Source: Podarcis pityusensis
Lineage: Eukaryota
Reading direction: 5' to 3' (one strand)
Assembly (NCBI GenBank): GCA_964106645.2
Contig: OZ067039.1
Length of the DNA: 64,000 nt
Of the stretch, positions 33,597 to 47,065 are shown in pieces. Positions within the stretch are counted from its first letter, which is position 1; every line of letters begins with the position of its first letter. The notes under the pieces are model-generated. The model had not been told where the DNA came from and ran no database searches. It saw nothing but the letters and a program-made list of their open reading frames with translations. Both the position numbers and the translations under genes were made by a program.

Positions 33597-36500
33597 GATA
33601 GGAATTTTATTATGCATTGGATAAATCTGGAGAATTTTAAGAGGTTGATGAGTAATGTCAAAAGATGGAAAAGCAGTTGTATAGCCAAAACGCTACCATC
33701 ATTCCAAGCTGATGAACGGGAAGTTTAGGCCAGGGGTTATTGAAAAAACAAAACAAACAGGAAAGCATGTTGCGATTATACAATAGGGAATTATCCTGAA
33801 GGAAATGAATGGGTCATATTATCCTTTACTAGAACGGACACCTGTCAGTTACCCTTTTAAAACATACAGCACTTTTTCTTTAGCGGGATTGGGACAATGA
33901 AAGAGCACTGTAAATATAGTTGCCCCATAGCAGGCATCATTTTTGACAAGATATTTTGCAAGCGTAAAACCAGCATCTTCCACAAGAGATGCAGAGGAAA
34001 GAGTGGCAAAAAGCATTTTCCATGCACCAGACATCAACCTTGTCTGACAACACATTCGCATTCCAGTGGGTGCCTCATTCTCTACCATTCTGAAGTCCAC
34101 AGCAAAGGATAGCTTCAATTGGTACCTAAGTAATCGTATCCTATTTCCAGATACTTCTGATCACGAAAGTGTTTTGGACAGTGTATGGGGAAATATCTCT
34201 AGCATTTCAGTAACCAGCCTTGTCAATCTGTGAGTGGTGGACTAATGGCGTACATGTACACCCCAAAATGACAGTGGTAAAATATTGTCATAAATTGACA
34301 TATGATAAGTGAGCATGTTATTGGCTGTAATTACCTCAACTATTTTACATTGATTGGTCAATCTTTGGTGCGGCTGATAGAAATAGAGAATGTGAGATTG
34401 AAGAAGCAGCTCATAGGAAATGAAAGGAGAATATGGACTATTCAAAATGGAATACGAGATGTCTCAGCTCACATAATATCACCATCCTGAGGTTGGAGAA
34501 AGTGGTGGCAGTGGTAGCTGTATTGGTAACCAGGAACACATCTGTTGCAGTGATTATATTTTTAGCTTTTTTCAGAAGACTAGTTTGCAAACAATCCAAA
34601 TCATTCCCCACTCATACTGCAGCCCCTCACACAGTTTAAATCACACTTATTTATATATCTTTTAATTTAATTTAGTGATTTAATCCAGACACATGAGGAT
34701 TTGGAGAAACCTGACTGGAATGGAATTGGGGCCCACAGTGTATCCCTCACTGCTAGTTTTAGAAAAGCTCTTAGCTGCCAATCTCATGGGGATTTCAGTT
34801 GATTTTTTTTAAAAAAACTGTAATACATCCTTAAATCATGGGTTTGGTATTCTTTTCAACATGCATTTTTTTAAAATAAAAAACCCCAACACCAGTTATT
34901 TCTGGTATTGTTTGGCTTTGTAAATGGAAGGACACACAAACCCTTTTCTTTAATGTACATTGTACTAACCTCACTGAAGCCTTTAAAATTCCATTTTAGA
35001 ACAAAACTCTTATTGTGAACAATACTTAAACCAACGAAGATTCCCCAAGACACACACAAACACACTACAGTTTGCATCATCTTGTACAAAGCATTATATA
35101 TTCTGTGTCTTTCTTCTCAGCCACACATATCAGCATTACAACCACACAATGTTCATCTCTTGAACACTCCGGCAGCTTAAATTATTTGGTGTCTCTGGAG
35201 GGTAATGGCAATGATCCAAACTGGAGAAAATGCTGAAATTAAAAGACATGTTTATACAGGACACACTTCTCCTAAAACGTGCACTGGAAGAACGAAAGAC
35301 TATTTGGCTTCAATGACTCATATGGCTGAAAAGGCCAGAAGATAACCTAGCCCAGTGACTTACATCAAGGCAGTCCTGCTACCTAACGACTCATCTTGAA
35401 TTGACCTACATAATGCAGACTATAACATCTCACAAGCAGAGGGCAGCAGAGAGGAGAACCGCTCAAAATGCCCACAGAACAGATAGTACCAAACAATAAA
35501 AGAACCACACACTACAGGAAAATGTGGTGGTGGTGGTTTTCAGTACCACTATCTGAGACAAACAGACTTTTAATCTAGGAGAAAACTTCCTAAATTCAAA
35601 TATGACATTATGTGAGACTTAAGCCAAGAAGAAAACCATCCACAGACTCTCCCCAAAAGTCATTTTAAACAGGGACACTACATCCAACCTCTTTCAAGAT
35701 GTAGGAGGACTTAGTACCTCCAAAGAAATGGGGATGGGGGAGAACCCAACTATATTGAATGTAGAAAATATTTTTTCTTTCACCACAATGAGTCCACAAG
35801 AATAGAGGCACCAGATTAAACAATCTTAAAACACAATTAAAAATCAAACCATGTTTTTTTTTAAAGTTATAGCTTTGTCCAAGGCCACAGTAATACTTTC
35901 CCTAAGCCAACAGAGCCATAACCTAAATCCTAATCAGCTAATGGCCACTTAAAGCCCTGAGGCAGGCCACCTGGTTTCATTTGCACAGATGGAAAGCAGG
36001 AGCAATTGTACTAAAATCTCTAAAGGACATGAGACAAGTACGCCAGAGAGCCATAGCAACAAGTCTCAGAGCTTGCTCTCACAAATCAATTATTGCTTAA
36101 TGCTTTTTCATTCAGCTTTGTCCTCTCCTGGGCATTTAAAAATTGTGTTTCAAGAGGAAACCCATAGTCCCTTTGTGAATATGCTGTGAAGGTTTTAATA
36201 AAGTCAGAATATATGAGAGAGAAGTTTTAATGAGTAAGGTTATCATTACAGAGCCATTCTGAAAAACAGTTTTGTCAACAGTATCTCCTGCAATGGTCCC
36301 CTCTTCCCTGTGACACAAACATCACCACATTAGTATTTTGTCCCATGCACGATGCACATGCATGAACCTTTGAAGTGCAGGTGAGAGTGTTTGGCCAATC
36401 TAAACAAGAAGAATTGAGAACTGAAGGCTCCCACTTTGGTAGCAAGCAACTGCTCTAGTTTAAACTCAGAAATGCAAACCTGTGAAGATAAGCCCTTTAT

Positions 36501-37259
36501 GATTTAGTATCAGAAACGCAGAAAGGTAAAACAAAAACAAATAAAAACCCTCTTAACATTGGAGACAGTATATGTGTAGATAAGCACTACTTAAAATGTG
36601 TTACCAAACTGCTCCTAATTGTTCATTCTTGTCCCACAACAAAGATGCAACTGTGGAAAAGGGCAATGTAGCAGAATTCCAGACACAGGAAATGCTATGC
36701 TATGATTATTCAGAGCAAAATAAGTTAGTAGCTCACAGCTTGGAACAGCACATCCCTTGCCTCTGAAAACACAGCCCTTCTATAGGATGAAACCCAAGAT
36801 ACCTGATGATGAATCAGAATTTGTCCCAACTCTGGGTTACTGGAATCTAACAGACATCAAAACAATGGAAGACTAACGATAAAGGGGAACGAAGTGGGTT
36901 GTTGAAAAGATGGTGTTCAAGGCATTTAAGACGGGCCTAAAGGGAATGATAGATTATTGCAAGAAAAATGTTTATTCCTTCTCCTATTGTGTTCAGGGAA
37001 ATGTTTTAGATGCTGCACTTCAGCCCTGTCTAGTCACAATACATCAGTAGGTGTACATGTCCCAGTTGCGAAGACGCAGAGAAAAGGAAGAGATCTTGAT
37101 ACTGGATGCATTACAAAAGCTTCAACTTTCACACTTTTAAAAGGCCAGTTTTTAGCCCATAGCTATGAAGACAGACTTCCAAGTGTGGAGCTTGTATGCT
37201 CTAAATATTCAGAGAGAATGAACACACAAACTTAGCTGAAACTTTTTCTGAGGTGGAAT

Positions 37260-37590
37260 AAAAGGTAAAGGGACCCCTGACCATTAGGTCCAGTCGTGGC
37301 CGACTCTGGGGTTGCGGCACTCATCTCGCTTTATTGGCCGAGGGAGCCGGCGTACAGCTTCCGGGTCATGGGGACAGCATGACTAAGCCACTTCTGGCGA
37401 ACCAGAGCAGCGCACGGAAATGCCGTTTACCTTCCCGCCAGAGTGGTACCTATTTATCTACTTGCACTTTGACATGCTTTCAAACTGCTAGGTTGGCAGG
37501 AGCAGAGACCGAGCAACGGGAGCTCACCCCGTCATGGGGATTCAAACCACCAACCTTCTGATCGGCAAGCCCTAGGCTCTGTGGTTTAAC
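37260..37590 (-). mobile_element. Sauria SINE, slightly 5'-truncated
   Basis: Reverse complement of the 28220 element from GTTAAACCACAGAG to the CCTTTACCTTT tail. No clear TSD. Confidence 0.93.
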
Positions 37591-37672
37591 TTACTTAATT
37601 CTTATCTGCGAAACAAGGAATAGAACCTATCATTATTTTATGTACACTCAACTGTATGGATGTTACTGAAAC

Positions 37673-37724
37673 GGGGGGGGGGGGGAGAGAAAGAGAGAGA
37701 CAGAGAGACAGACAGAGAGAGAGA
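37673..37724 (+). repeat. G-run plus (GA/GACA)n purine-rich repeat
   Basis: Read directly. Confidence 0.85.
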
Positions 37725-39279
37725 CCTTTCAATGAATGCATCCTATAAGTAACCATTTTATTTTGAGATCCTATTGTTTAAATGATGTGAATCCATTGTG
37801 AGAGCTGGGTGGCGGCTGAATTTTTGACCGACCTCCTCCCTATCCAGAAAGCTCTAAAACACTTCAAAAGGATTTCTGAATAGGAAATAGACTAGGCAGT
37901 GTTAGAACAGCCACAGATTCAAATGCAAGCATTTCCTCTGTGTGTGCTGCTGCTGCTGCTTCTAAAAGAGAGAGACTTCAACTGTCCAATATAGCAAACA
38001 GGGAAAAGTTTTGTTTTTGCATTTTGAACCCTGATCTATACAGTATTGCAATATGTGAAATGTATGGTTTAGTTGTTTTGAGGGGGCAAGGGGTGTCTTT
38101 AATCAGACAAGCCACTCTATTTTTCTCATAGCCAGCTGTCTGGAAAGAAGGATCCCTAGAAGAAAAAGCAGAGTTTCATTACCAAATGAGTATGAGCTAC
38201 ATTCCCAGAGAAAGTGAATTCCATAGAATCTAGGCCAAGGAACGAAGTGAGGGGGGGGTAAGGAAATGAAACTTTACAAACAGCATAAAGTTCACAGAAA
38301 CTGCACCAAAATTCCTCTTACACACAATCTTTCTGCTATTCCCATCCTACAACAACTCGTTATTGTCACTTGAAAAACATGTAATTAGGACTAATATTGT
38401 TACTAAATCATTATCAATCTGGCATGGAAAGACAAAGGAGCCCATTTCCTTCTTGTAGATTCATCTCACAGCTACTTTAGAATAGCTGAAACAGTAAACT
38501 GTGTTGTTTCCAGAGAAAATTTCATGACTTTAGCTTGTGACTTGATCCCCACCCCCACCCCGAAAAGCAACTTAATCATCTATCCCATGACATATCCTTA
38601 GTGCAATGGATCTTTGAGCAGGGCAGTTTCTCTAAAAATAAAATGACTACATTCTCTGAAATGCGAGCGCTTCTACAAAGCCAGAGTTCAGCCACATCAT
38701 TAAAAAGCTGCACACAATAGAACTGTTACCTTGAAAGGGAAAATAACCGCAAGGCCATGTCATCCTGGTTAACTGAGCATCCTTTAGCCATGATAGTGTC
38801 ACAAGACAAACCACAAAAAAGAATGAAAAGCCGATTCATTGAGCTAGTCTCAAAAGCCCCTCATGTTTGCTAACAAAAATTCATAATGAGGGAAGCCTTC
38901 TTTTAACAATGAGCGATAAAAATCCTCACTAAATTAGAGGCAATGGTAGAGATAAAATATTCCATGATAATCATTTCTGCTCCCCACCCACCTTGAGTAA
39001 TGCAGATTATTTATAATAAAATGAGTATTTTCAGATGTCTAAGATACAGTCTTGGCAGTGTCCATTCTCAAGGGCTTACATAGGGCTGTTTCAGGCATAA
39101 TGCTATACCACAGTTTACTGCTACATGAAAAAACAAAAGCAAGACTTAACCTTGTATATTTCTCCTTTCCTTCTGCTCCTCTGGTGCAGCTGCAATGAGA
39201 TTTCATAATTTCTGTTTTAAATTTAAATAGAATAATTTCTGTTTTTAACCATGAATTATAATTAATTTAAACCTTAAAC

Positions 39280-39335
39280 CAGCCTCTCCCAACCTGGGGC
39301 CCTCTAAATGTTTTAGACTACAAGTTCCATCAGTC
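39280..39335. mobile_element. Half of a short hAT-type MITE
   Basis: CAGCCTCTCCCAACCTGGGGCCCTCTAAATGTTTTAGACTACAA, same family as 7153 and 9384. Confidence 0.65.
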
Positions 39336-42300
39336 TGTGACATAATTCTTGATAAGGGACGGTAACAATTCCTCCCCGCCCATTGCCCATATCAGAGAAA
39401 AAGAATGTGGGGGTGAGATGCAGCTCTAAGACAACACAGCGTTCATGAGCACCAGGGGGTTCCTTTCTGCACCAGACTTATCAAACTAACGAATTCAGGG
39501 GCTCGGTCACCAGCTCTGCCTTGTACTCAGTTACATAGGCAAGTTACTTGTCCTTCATTATTAACCATGATCCCACAGCAGCCATTTTGTGGTGGTGCCT
39601 ACAAGAGGTTTTGTGCTGCTTTCCCCCACAAATTATCAGATGTGTGCATGAATTCAAAAAAGTTGTCACCCCCTGCTCTACAAAGCTTTTGGAGTCTATC
39701 AAACAAAATTGACACTGCAGTAGAGAATAGCTCTAACTTCTGATGAACAGAATATTAGAAACACAAAGCACAGAGGCTGGTCCATCTGCCACTCACTTAA
39801 GCAAGTAATAAGTTTCTATAAATAATTTGAATAAAAAACTGCTTGTCCTTCAGCATTTGTTGGTTCCTATTGTTTCCCCACTTCTCTTCCCAGCTCTCTC
39901 ACTTCCACCTCACAAGCTACCCCAAACTAACAAGTAAAGTGTAGCTAGCAATAGTGATTATGACATTCCACTTTTATGTGACTATAGGCTGATATTTGGT
40001 TTTAGATTATGTACTTTCACTGGCCGCCAAAGCTAGTCAGTCACAAAATAATATTGTAACGGTACATTACAACTATCAGCGATACAGCTAACAGGAGAGT
40101 TTATAGAATACAGCTTTCTAGCCTGGCTTTATTTTTCCTCAGCCATATGTACTACGATTCAAGTTCTCTTGGGAGGTAGCTCTTTAATTTAACGGAAGGT
40201 TTTGCTTCTCTCATCTGCAAGTTAAACAGCATTTAAACCAGAACCGCTGACAAGTATTTCCTGTACAGCTATGAGAAGGTCTTTTGCAATGAGTCAGGCC
40301 AATTTCCATCTCAGTCTCGTATGGCTTGCAGTAGCTCGCCAGAGAATCTTAAGATGGCTTTGGGAACAACATAGGATGGATGGAAGAAGCGGCTGTGCAC
40401 CCTCAACTGCCATTTTGTGTAACATCCAAACAATTTGTGGGCATCACATAACATTGGTTATGTTTAGGTTCTGTGGTTTTTTTTAATGAATCTTTGTAAG
40501 GTCAGGTGTTTTGCTTTGTTTTTGAAAAAAGAGAGCATCAAGTGGCCTTCAGTTTGGGTCAAGAGGCCTCCATCTTTAATACCATGTTTTTAGAATCTGG
40601 TAGGTGAGAGTTAAAAGATGGACAGAGAAGGCATAGTGTCTAAGTCACGTTTAGTCTGCTACAATTCCCTCGTCCCCCCAAAATAGTATAAAAGCTACTG
40701 CCTGATAGATAGATGGAAGCCTTGGAAGCTGTTCAGATTGCTGCAATTGATCATAGTCATTTGACACCCAAGTTCCTTTCCCCTTACATTTACTGCAACA
40801 GTAAAGCTTTTTGAAATATCGTCCATGTGCAAGGAATCAGAAGTATGAAAATAAAGGAGGTAGCATTGGGTCACACCTTCAAGCCATAGCCAAAGAAAAA
40901 TGTGCTGTCACCAAGCCAGGCAATTAATCTCACTACATTTAAATCTGCCTGTCAGTTTCTAGACTATACTCATTAATATGCTCTGCAAACATGTTGCAGC
41001 ACTGTGGACCACTAGAATCTACTAATGGAGGCTGGTGTGACCCACAGTGAATAAATTTGAAACACACAATTTTCCTGACCACCCCCAATTTCAATCTGAT
41101 TTTATTCCAAGGTGGGGTTTTGGCTTGGACACTATACTATCCCTTTGACATTTAGCCTGCAAGCCTATGAAGGCTTATTTGGGAGTGAGCCCCACTGAAC
41201 GTGGTGGGACTTCTGAGTAAGCACACACAGGAGTGGGTTGCTAGTTTTCCATATGAGAAGTGTTCCAAAACAACAGACGCCCAGTTCATTAGCCACTGTT
41301 ATGCTGTGCCTTTCCCAAGAGCCTGCCATGGTCTGAACTCAAAAGATCAAGGAAAAAATAGTATTCCAAAAACTGTCAATCTTCTAAAAACTGGCTCTAG
41401 TATCAGTTTTCAGTATTCCACAACAGAAGTATGTCCAAAGATATTATATTAAGTGCTAAATACGATAGTTGTATTAGCATCTAAAAATTATGTGTCAACG
41501 TATTGCACAACACATAATAAAAGACAGACCTCAGCTCAAATTGCTGATGCTACAATCCTGTTGCCTTACATAAACCTATCTTATCAATTTTTCCTTTCTT
41601 GCAGAATGACTAAAACTATACGATTCCTCCCCAGTTCTCTCTTACCAGCTAGCATCATACCCAAGTTCTACAATTCATTTCTATTATAAAAGCTAACTAA
41701 AATTATACAGAAATATAATTCCATCTAGCCTCCATTTCCCAGAATATTAAATATATTTTTCAGAAGGCCATAGTAACACTACAACATTATAAGGTAGATG
41801 AGCAGATAGACTTCTGCTTTTGCATGTGCAAATATCAAAACAACAGTATAGTGTAATAACTAGCAGTAACGTTTTATGTCACTAAGCTTGCAGGAGCATC
41901 TACGGAATATCTGGTTTTAAATTAGATGCAATTATCTTTTCTCCCCTGCCCCCACACTGCACTCATAAAAAATATTGGGTAACAACATGTTTCACTCTGT
42001 CCCATCACCCAGATGTATTGGGGTCATGGAAAGGGTGTGCTAACTTGAACACTATTCACATGCTGGTTGTTTTCTACATAAGCAGGAACAAGGTGAGGGG
42101 TGGAATCGTTGTCTGTGGAAGGCAGGAAATCCATCCCATCCCCTATAGGCACAAAGGGTCACCATGTTACACCAGAAGACTAATTGCTAAATAATTACCA
42201 AAAAAAAAAAAAAAGGAAAATGAAAGGCTTTAAAACAAAGCAACTGCAGCTCAGCATGGGTGACAGTTTTGTCTGACATTCAAAATGGCCATTGAACACC

Positions 42301-44319
42301 ATGTAGAATAACTGAAAGAGATGGGTTCAAATTCTACTGCGGTTATGGATTCTCCATGTCACTGTCTCTCACCCTTAGTCTCCAACCAGTTAAATGGGTT
42401 AATATTTACCATTTATACAAAGTGCTTCGCGTACTGTGATTAACAATGACAATGTTGTGTAAATGCAACAAATTCCTGCAGGGAATTTATTAGCTTCCTG
42501 CCTGCCATCTTCCTAATACTAACAGACCACTCCAAGCACCCTAACAAGGGTACATTTCTCAAAGTATACTGGGAAGAAGCTGCCATGGCCATAAGGCTTT
42601 CAGGGGTTTTTGAGTTAACGTGCCTCCTTTTTGAAGAGCTGGCTCCCATAACACATGCTGAATTTTGGCTAAGGAAACCAGCGTTGACTGTAGGAGCTCC
42701 TGAAGTTTGCTCATGGCCACTTTTGCTTCTCCCCAGTCTGTTTTTCTTTCTGATGAACTGTGCTGAACTAAGTCATGATTTTGCTTAGCATGTCATCTGA
42801 ACTGGAACTCCTGCTTAAGGTCATGATTAGAAAGAGAGCTTAATCGCAAGCTCGGGGCTCCTAGGCAACACAGTAAGCGAAACCTTTGTTTAACACAGCA
42901 CAGTTGTTGTTGTTGTTTTAAAAAAAAAGAGGAGTAAAAAAAGCTGCACATTCTTTTCCAGGAGCCCACAGGACCTGTTGTGAAAGCCAGGTCAATAGGT
43001 CAGTTCCTCCTTGGTGGGCAATAGCTACTTCATGAAAATTCTGCAAGGTCAAAGTTAAAGACCACAAAGTAAATGAGACGTTAAGGCTGCAAATCCTATG
43101 GACCTTTACCTCTGAACATAGCGAGAATTACTTCAGAGTAAGAATGCATGGAGTTCAGGCCTAAGGCATTTTGCTGCTTGAGGTCAAGGGCAAGATGAAA
43201 CTCTTTCCCCCTTCTACATATGGAAGACAACCGGACTGACAGCTGAATCACCCTAGTAAAGGGATAGCAACCTCCACAACACTTGGGTTGGGGGCTAATT
43301 TGTGGTAGGATGGGCTGTGCCAGGAGAATGGCCCCAACATCCGCTGCCCAAGGCCTCACTTTGCCAGCCCTGATAGGATTGTACTACGAAATAGTGTTTA
43401 TTAACCACCATTGTGCTACAGAAAAATTGGGGTGGGGAATAAGAAATCACAGGGATGTTTAAATTCACGTAAGCAAGATGGCAACCCAGTTAGCAGCAGA
43501 CTTAACAAGGGCCATGCATTCAGGGCTTCTGGTCTTTTCCGAGACAGCCACAAATCTCAGAGCGAGCAAGAAACTGTGGCTTCTAGGAAGCAGCTGCTTT
43601 CAACATCCCTGCTCCCAGTATGCTGCTGGATTGCAATCTGGTGCTTCACTTTTTATTTACACACAGTTTAAACAAGGCTCTGGCATAAAGGAGAAAAATG
43701 CTTTGGAAGGAATGCATTGAGTGAGAAAGGTAAATAATGAGTGGACTGCTCTTCAATTATTTTCTTTTTAACAGCTATCAGGACTGTATATAATTCAACT
43801 GCACTTCTCAAAGATGAAATCCATGAAATCCAGAGCAGAAGAGAAGGGGGGGGGGGAGTGTAGAACAGTGACTGTTTATAGTTAATTTGGCGAGGGGGCG
43901 GGGAGATACATAGCTTTCCTACTTGTTATGTTAGTTTATTTCTGTGCCACCTTTTGTCCCAAAAGGCTCTCACAAGAACTAGCAAAGGCAATCCCAAAAT
44001 TCAAACAATAAAATACAGCAAAAGATTAATATCTCAACAACATATCATATTTGTCATATCTATAGTTCAGAAGAGGATTCTTTCCCTAGAAAACGTCCAT
44101 GGGTCATAGGATTTCAGGCAGAGATAAAATGGAGTTTAGCAAATGCAATTCAGTACACAATTCAGCTGGGCCTCTCTGCAAAAGCTAAGAAGAAGAAATA
44201 AGTATTGTTATTTAGGCCAAATCACTATGTCCATTTATGGCACCCACGTGAAGAATTAAGAAATAGTACCATATGGTTACACATGCTGCAAGAAACAGCA
44301 AAAGAGGATGCATTGAGAA

Positions 44320-44486
44320 CAAGAACATAAAGTCTTGTTGCACCTTGAAGGCTAACAAATTGTATTGTGCCATAAGCTTTCATGGACTAGAGCCCACTTC
44401 ACCAGATGCTTCAGATGAAAGCTTATGCCATAATAAGCTTTGTCAGTACCACAAGAATTTTGCTGCAACAGACTTGCAACACAGCT
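44320..44486. mobile_element. Penelope-like-element-derived palindromic repeat
   Basis: AGTCTTGTTGCACCTTGAAGGCTAAC...GCCATAAGCTTTCATG...ATGAAAGCTTATGCC...ACCACAAGA inverted architecture, resembling reptile Penelope terminal repeats as recalled. Confidence 0.65.
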
Positions 44487-44734
44487 ATCCTTGCCCTGTC
44501 AAATGGACCAAAAGTGCTCCTTCTCCAGGCTGTCTTGCATCTCACCATATGGCAAATTATAATGTGCATACATTATTCAAGAATGGAATAGTGGTGTCTT
44601 TGTAGACATACAAACCAGAACTACTGAAATGCAATTTGGAAAGCTGGATCTAGGACAAGGATTAAATGTGTGCAGCCTCAGCTCTGCCAAGTATATGGAG
44701 CAAAACACACACAAAACTACAGCCTCTCCTCCCC

Positions 44735-44875
44735 AACAACAAAGTCTTGTGACACTTCAAAGGCAAATAAATACAAGTGGGCTCTAGTTCACAAAAGCTT
44801 ATAACTCAAATTCACCCATAATTTCTCTTACTATACTGAGACTCTTTGGGATTTGTTGCAACAGAGTGATACAGC
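44735..44875. mobile_element. Second, more decayed Penelope-type repeat
   Basis: AAAGTCTTGTGACACTTCAAAGGC...AAGTGGGCTCTAGTTCACAAAAGCTTAT...GTTGCAACAGA; shares blocks with 44320-44486. Confidence 0.55.
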
Positions 44876-45439
44876 TTCTTCTGTTGAATTTATTGCTCTT
44901 GAATTTGCTAGTAGCATACATTGGAATAGTTCAAAATGTGGAATAATCGTAAGCAATTCTTCTTAATTCTTAAGCCCTGCACAAAAGGGATTTCCCTTCT
45001 CTCCTCCCCTGCACCCCCCAAAATTAGCTGGGGGTGGGTCAGGATAACCCCCTGCTGAACAACACACAGCAGGAGGGGGGGTCATTCCATCCAGCAAGCT
45101 GAAATATTTGTGTTGTTGGAATGTTTGGCATAATGCAAAGTGGAATTCCTCCCACTATAAATAGACTTGTTGGGTGCAATAGTTCTTTTGCAGCAAAATC
45201 CTATACGTATTTGTTTGGACGTAAGTCCCACTGTGTTGAATGGAGCTTTCTTTCACGTAAGGGTGCAAAAGGATTGCAGTTTTAGAATCCTTTATCTTGC
45301 CTCTAAATAAGCTCAGCTTTTCAGTCTTCACGGCATGATGCAAAAGTAACTCCTTTTCAGACCTCTATTTGTACAAAATGGAAAAAGATTTCTGGAGGAT
45401 AATGCTATCAGTGGCTACTGATCATGATCACTATACCAC

Positions 45440-45641
45440 AGAATGCGTGCTAAGAGGAAGGCACGTTTGGCAAACCCTCACCATGATCAACTCCCACCCA
45501 GAAACCTATGTCCACACTGTGGAAGGACATGTGGATCCAGAATTGGCCTCCACAGTCACTTACAGACTCACTGTTAAGACCGTGTTCACGGAAGACAATC
45601 TTACTCTGCTACAAGTGGTCACCAAAGAAGAAGAGAAGAAG
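45440..45641 (+). mobile_element. 5'-truncated RTE-clade LINE 3' end (zinc-finger C-terminus plus (GAA)n tail)
   Basis: Frame 45443-45577 reads MRAKRKARLANPHHDQLPPRNLCPHCGRTCGSRIGLHSHLQTHC*, followed by AAGAAGAAGAGAAGAAG. Confidence 0.8.
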
Positions 45642-45796
45642 CTCAATACCAGCAGGTGGGGGGCAAACAGCAGGACAGGGCTACTGTGCTCAAGTCCCAT
45701 TTTGGGCTTCCCAGAGGCATCTGACTGGCTACTGTGGGAACAGAATGCCAAATTAGTTAGGCCTCAAATCCAGCAGGGGTTTTTGTGTGTTCTTAT
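45642..45796 (+). mobile_element. CR1 3'UTR and tail; upstream piece at ~45390-45437 separated by the RTE insert
   Basis: GGGCTTCCCAGAGGCATCTGACTGGCTACTGTGGGAACAGAATGC...ATCCAGCAGGG...TGTTCTTA is a typical reptile CR1 terminus. Confidence 0.7.
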
Positions 45797-46787
45797 AGGA
45801 GACGGTGGGGGGAAATACTTCACTTTAATCAAACTCAAAATTAACGTTATTCCAGAGTGCAGGGACAGACAGCCGTCCTTTTGACGTAAAAACAATCATC
45901 CTTTGTCACCAGAAAAAGCAAGCAAACAAAAAAATACAAAAGCTGCTGAAGTTTCAAGCACAAGTTGCGCCTTTGCTAAAGAAAGCAATTCGCTGAAATG
46001 GCTCTCTTACAAAACACCTATTAGGAATGCCTACTTTGCCAAAGGGAAAAAAGGTGGCTCGTCTTACACTAGAACCCTGGCCTCATTAAAGCTTAATTGA
46101 AAGGAGCAGCAGGGGGAAGAGGGCAGGCTAGAGTTCTGTGGGTGGATGCAAGCAGTGCCTATTCTCCCCCCCCCCCCGAAGGGCGTTTAGAGGTTGTGGA
46201 AATACACCCCCATTGTGTCACAAATGTCACCTGGAGAAGCCCCATTGAAAGGGCAAGAATCAGACTTAACTTATCTCATTCAGATTCAGCTTTCGGTGGT
46301 CAGTGGGCAAGAAATGTGAACACAGCTCTACACCCCATATTTGGCTCTGCTGGTTACCACTGATCCGCTTATGTGTCACAATGTCTTGCTTCTCAAAAAC
46401 AAAAACAAAAAACCCTTGTCTATCATTTCAGTATCCCCAACGGAACGGTAAAATCTTTGACATATTTCTGCTACATATGAAATATTATAGAGGTTGAAGA
46501 TTCTTATGCTCTAAACCTGAAGCCCGTGGTTAAAATCTCAGTTCAACTATGAAGTTCTCGTGTGAAATTAGCATGCTGCCATATTTCCTCTTTACTGATT
46601 AATAATCTTTCTGGGAAACATTATATGACTTCCACTCAAATGTTATTTTTAATGACAAATGAAGTTTAAAAATCTAAGCAATTTAAATGATGCTCAATGA
46701 GTTCTAATTTTCATTTCTTGGCTGGGTGCAAACATTTTCCTGTCATGTTCCTATTAAATATTGCCAATACCTACTGATTTATAGCCT

Positions 46788-47065
46788 GGATTGGATCCTG
46801 AGAAGCACAGCCAGAAGGAGGTTGGCATAAGATGGGGATTTTCCATCAATTCCTCCCACTGAAAAGCCTCTTTTGAGGATTTAAGGGTCCTCCTGAATGG
46901 AGTGGTCTGTGGCATGTGAGGTGGTAATGGAAAGGGGGAGGCAATTAAAAATCAGGGGGAGGAACCTTCTATGAGCAGTTTTGCAGGGGCCTGCAGAAGA
47001 TAGGAGGGATGGTTAAGTCATCTTCTGCCAACCCTCTTCCATCAGAGCAACTCAGGATGTAAACC
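46788..47065. mobile_element. MITE with ~45-bp imperfect TIRs
   Basis: ATCCTGAG...GAAGGAGGTTGGCATAAGATG pairs with CATCTTCTGCCAACCCTCTTC...CTCAGGAT. Confidence 0.65.

Noticed and set aside
45369-45884. 171-aa plus-strand ORF
   Set aside because: Non-ATG start spanning CR1 and RTE remnants; the meaningful frame is the shifted zinc-finger frame.
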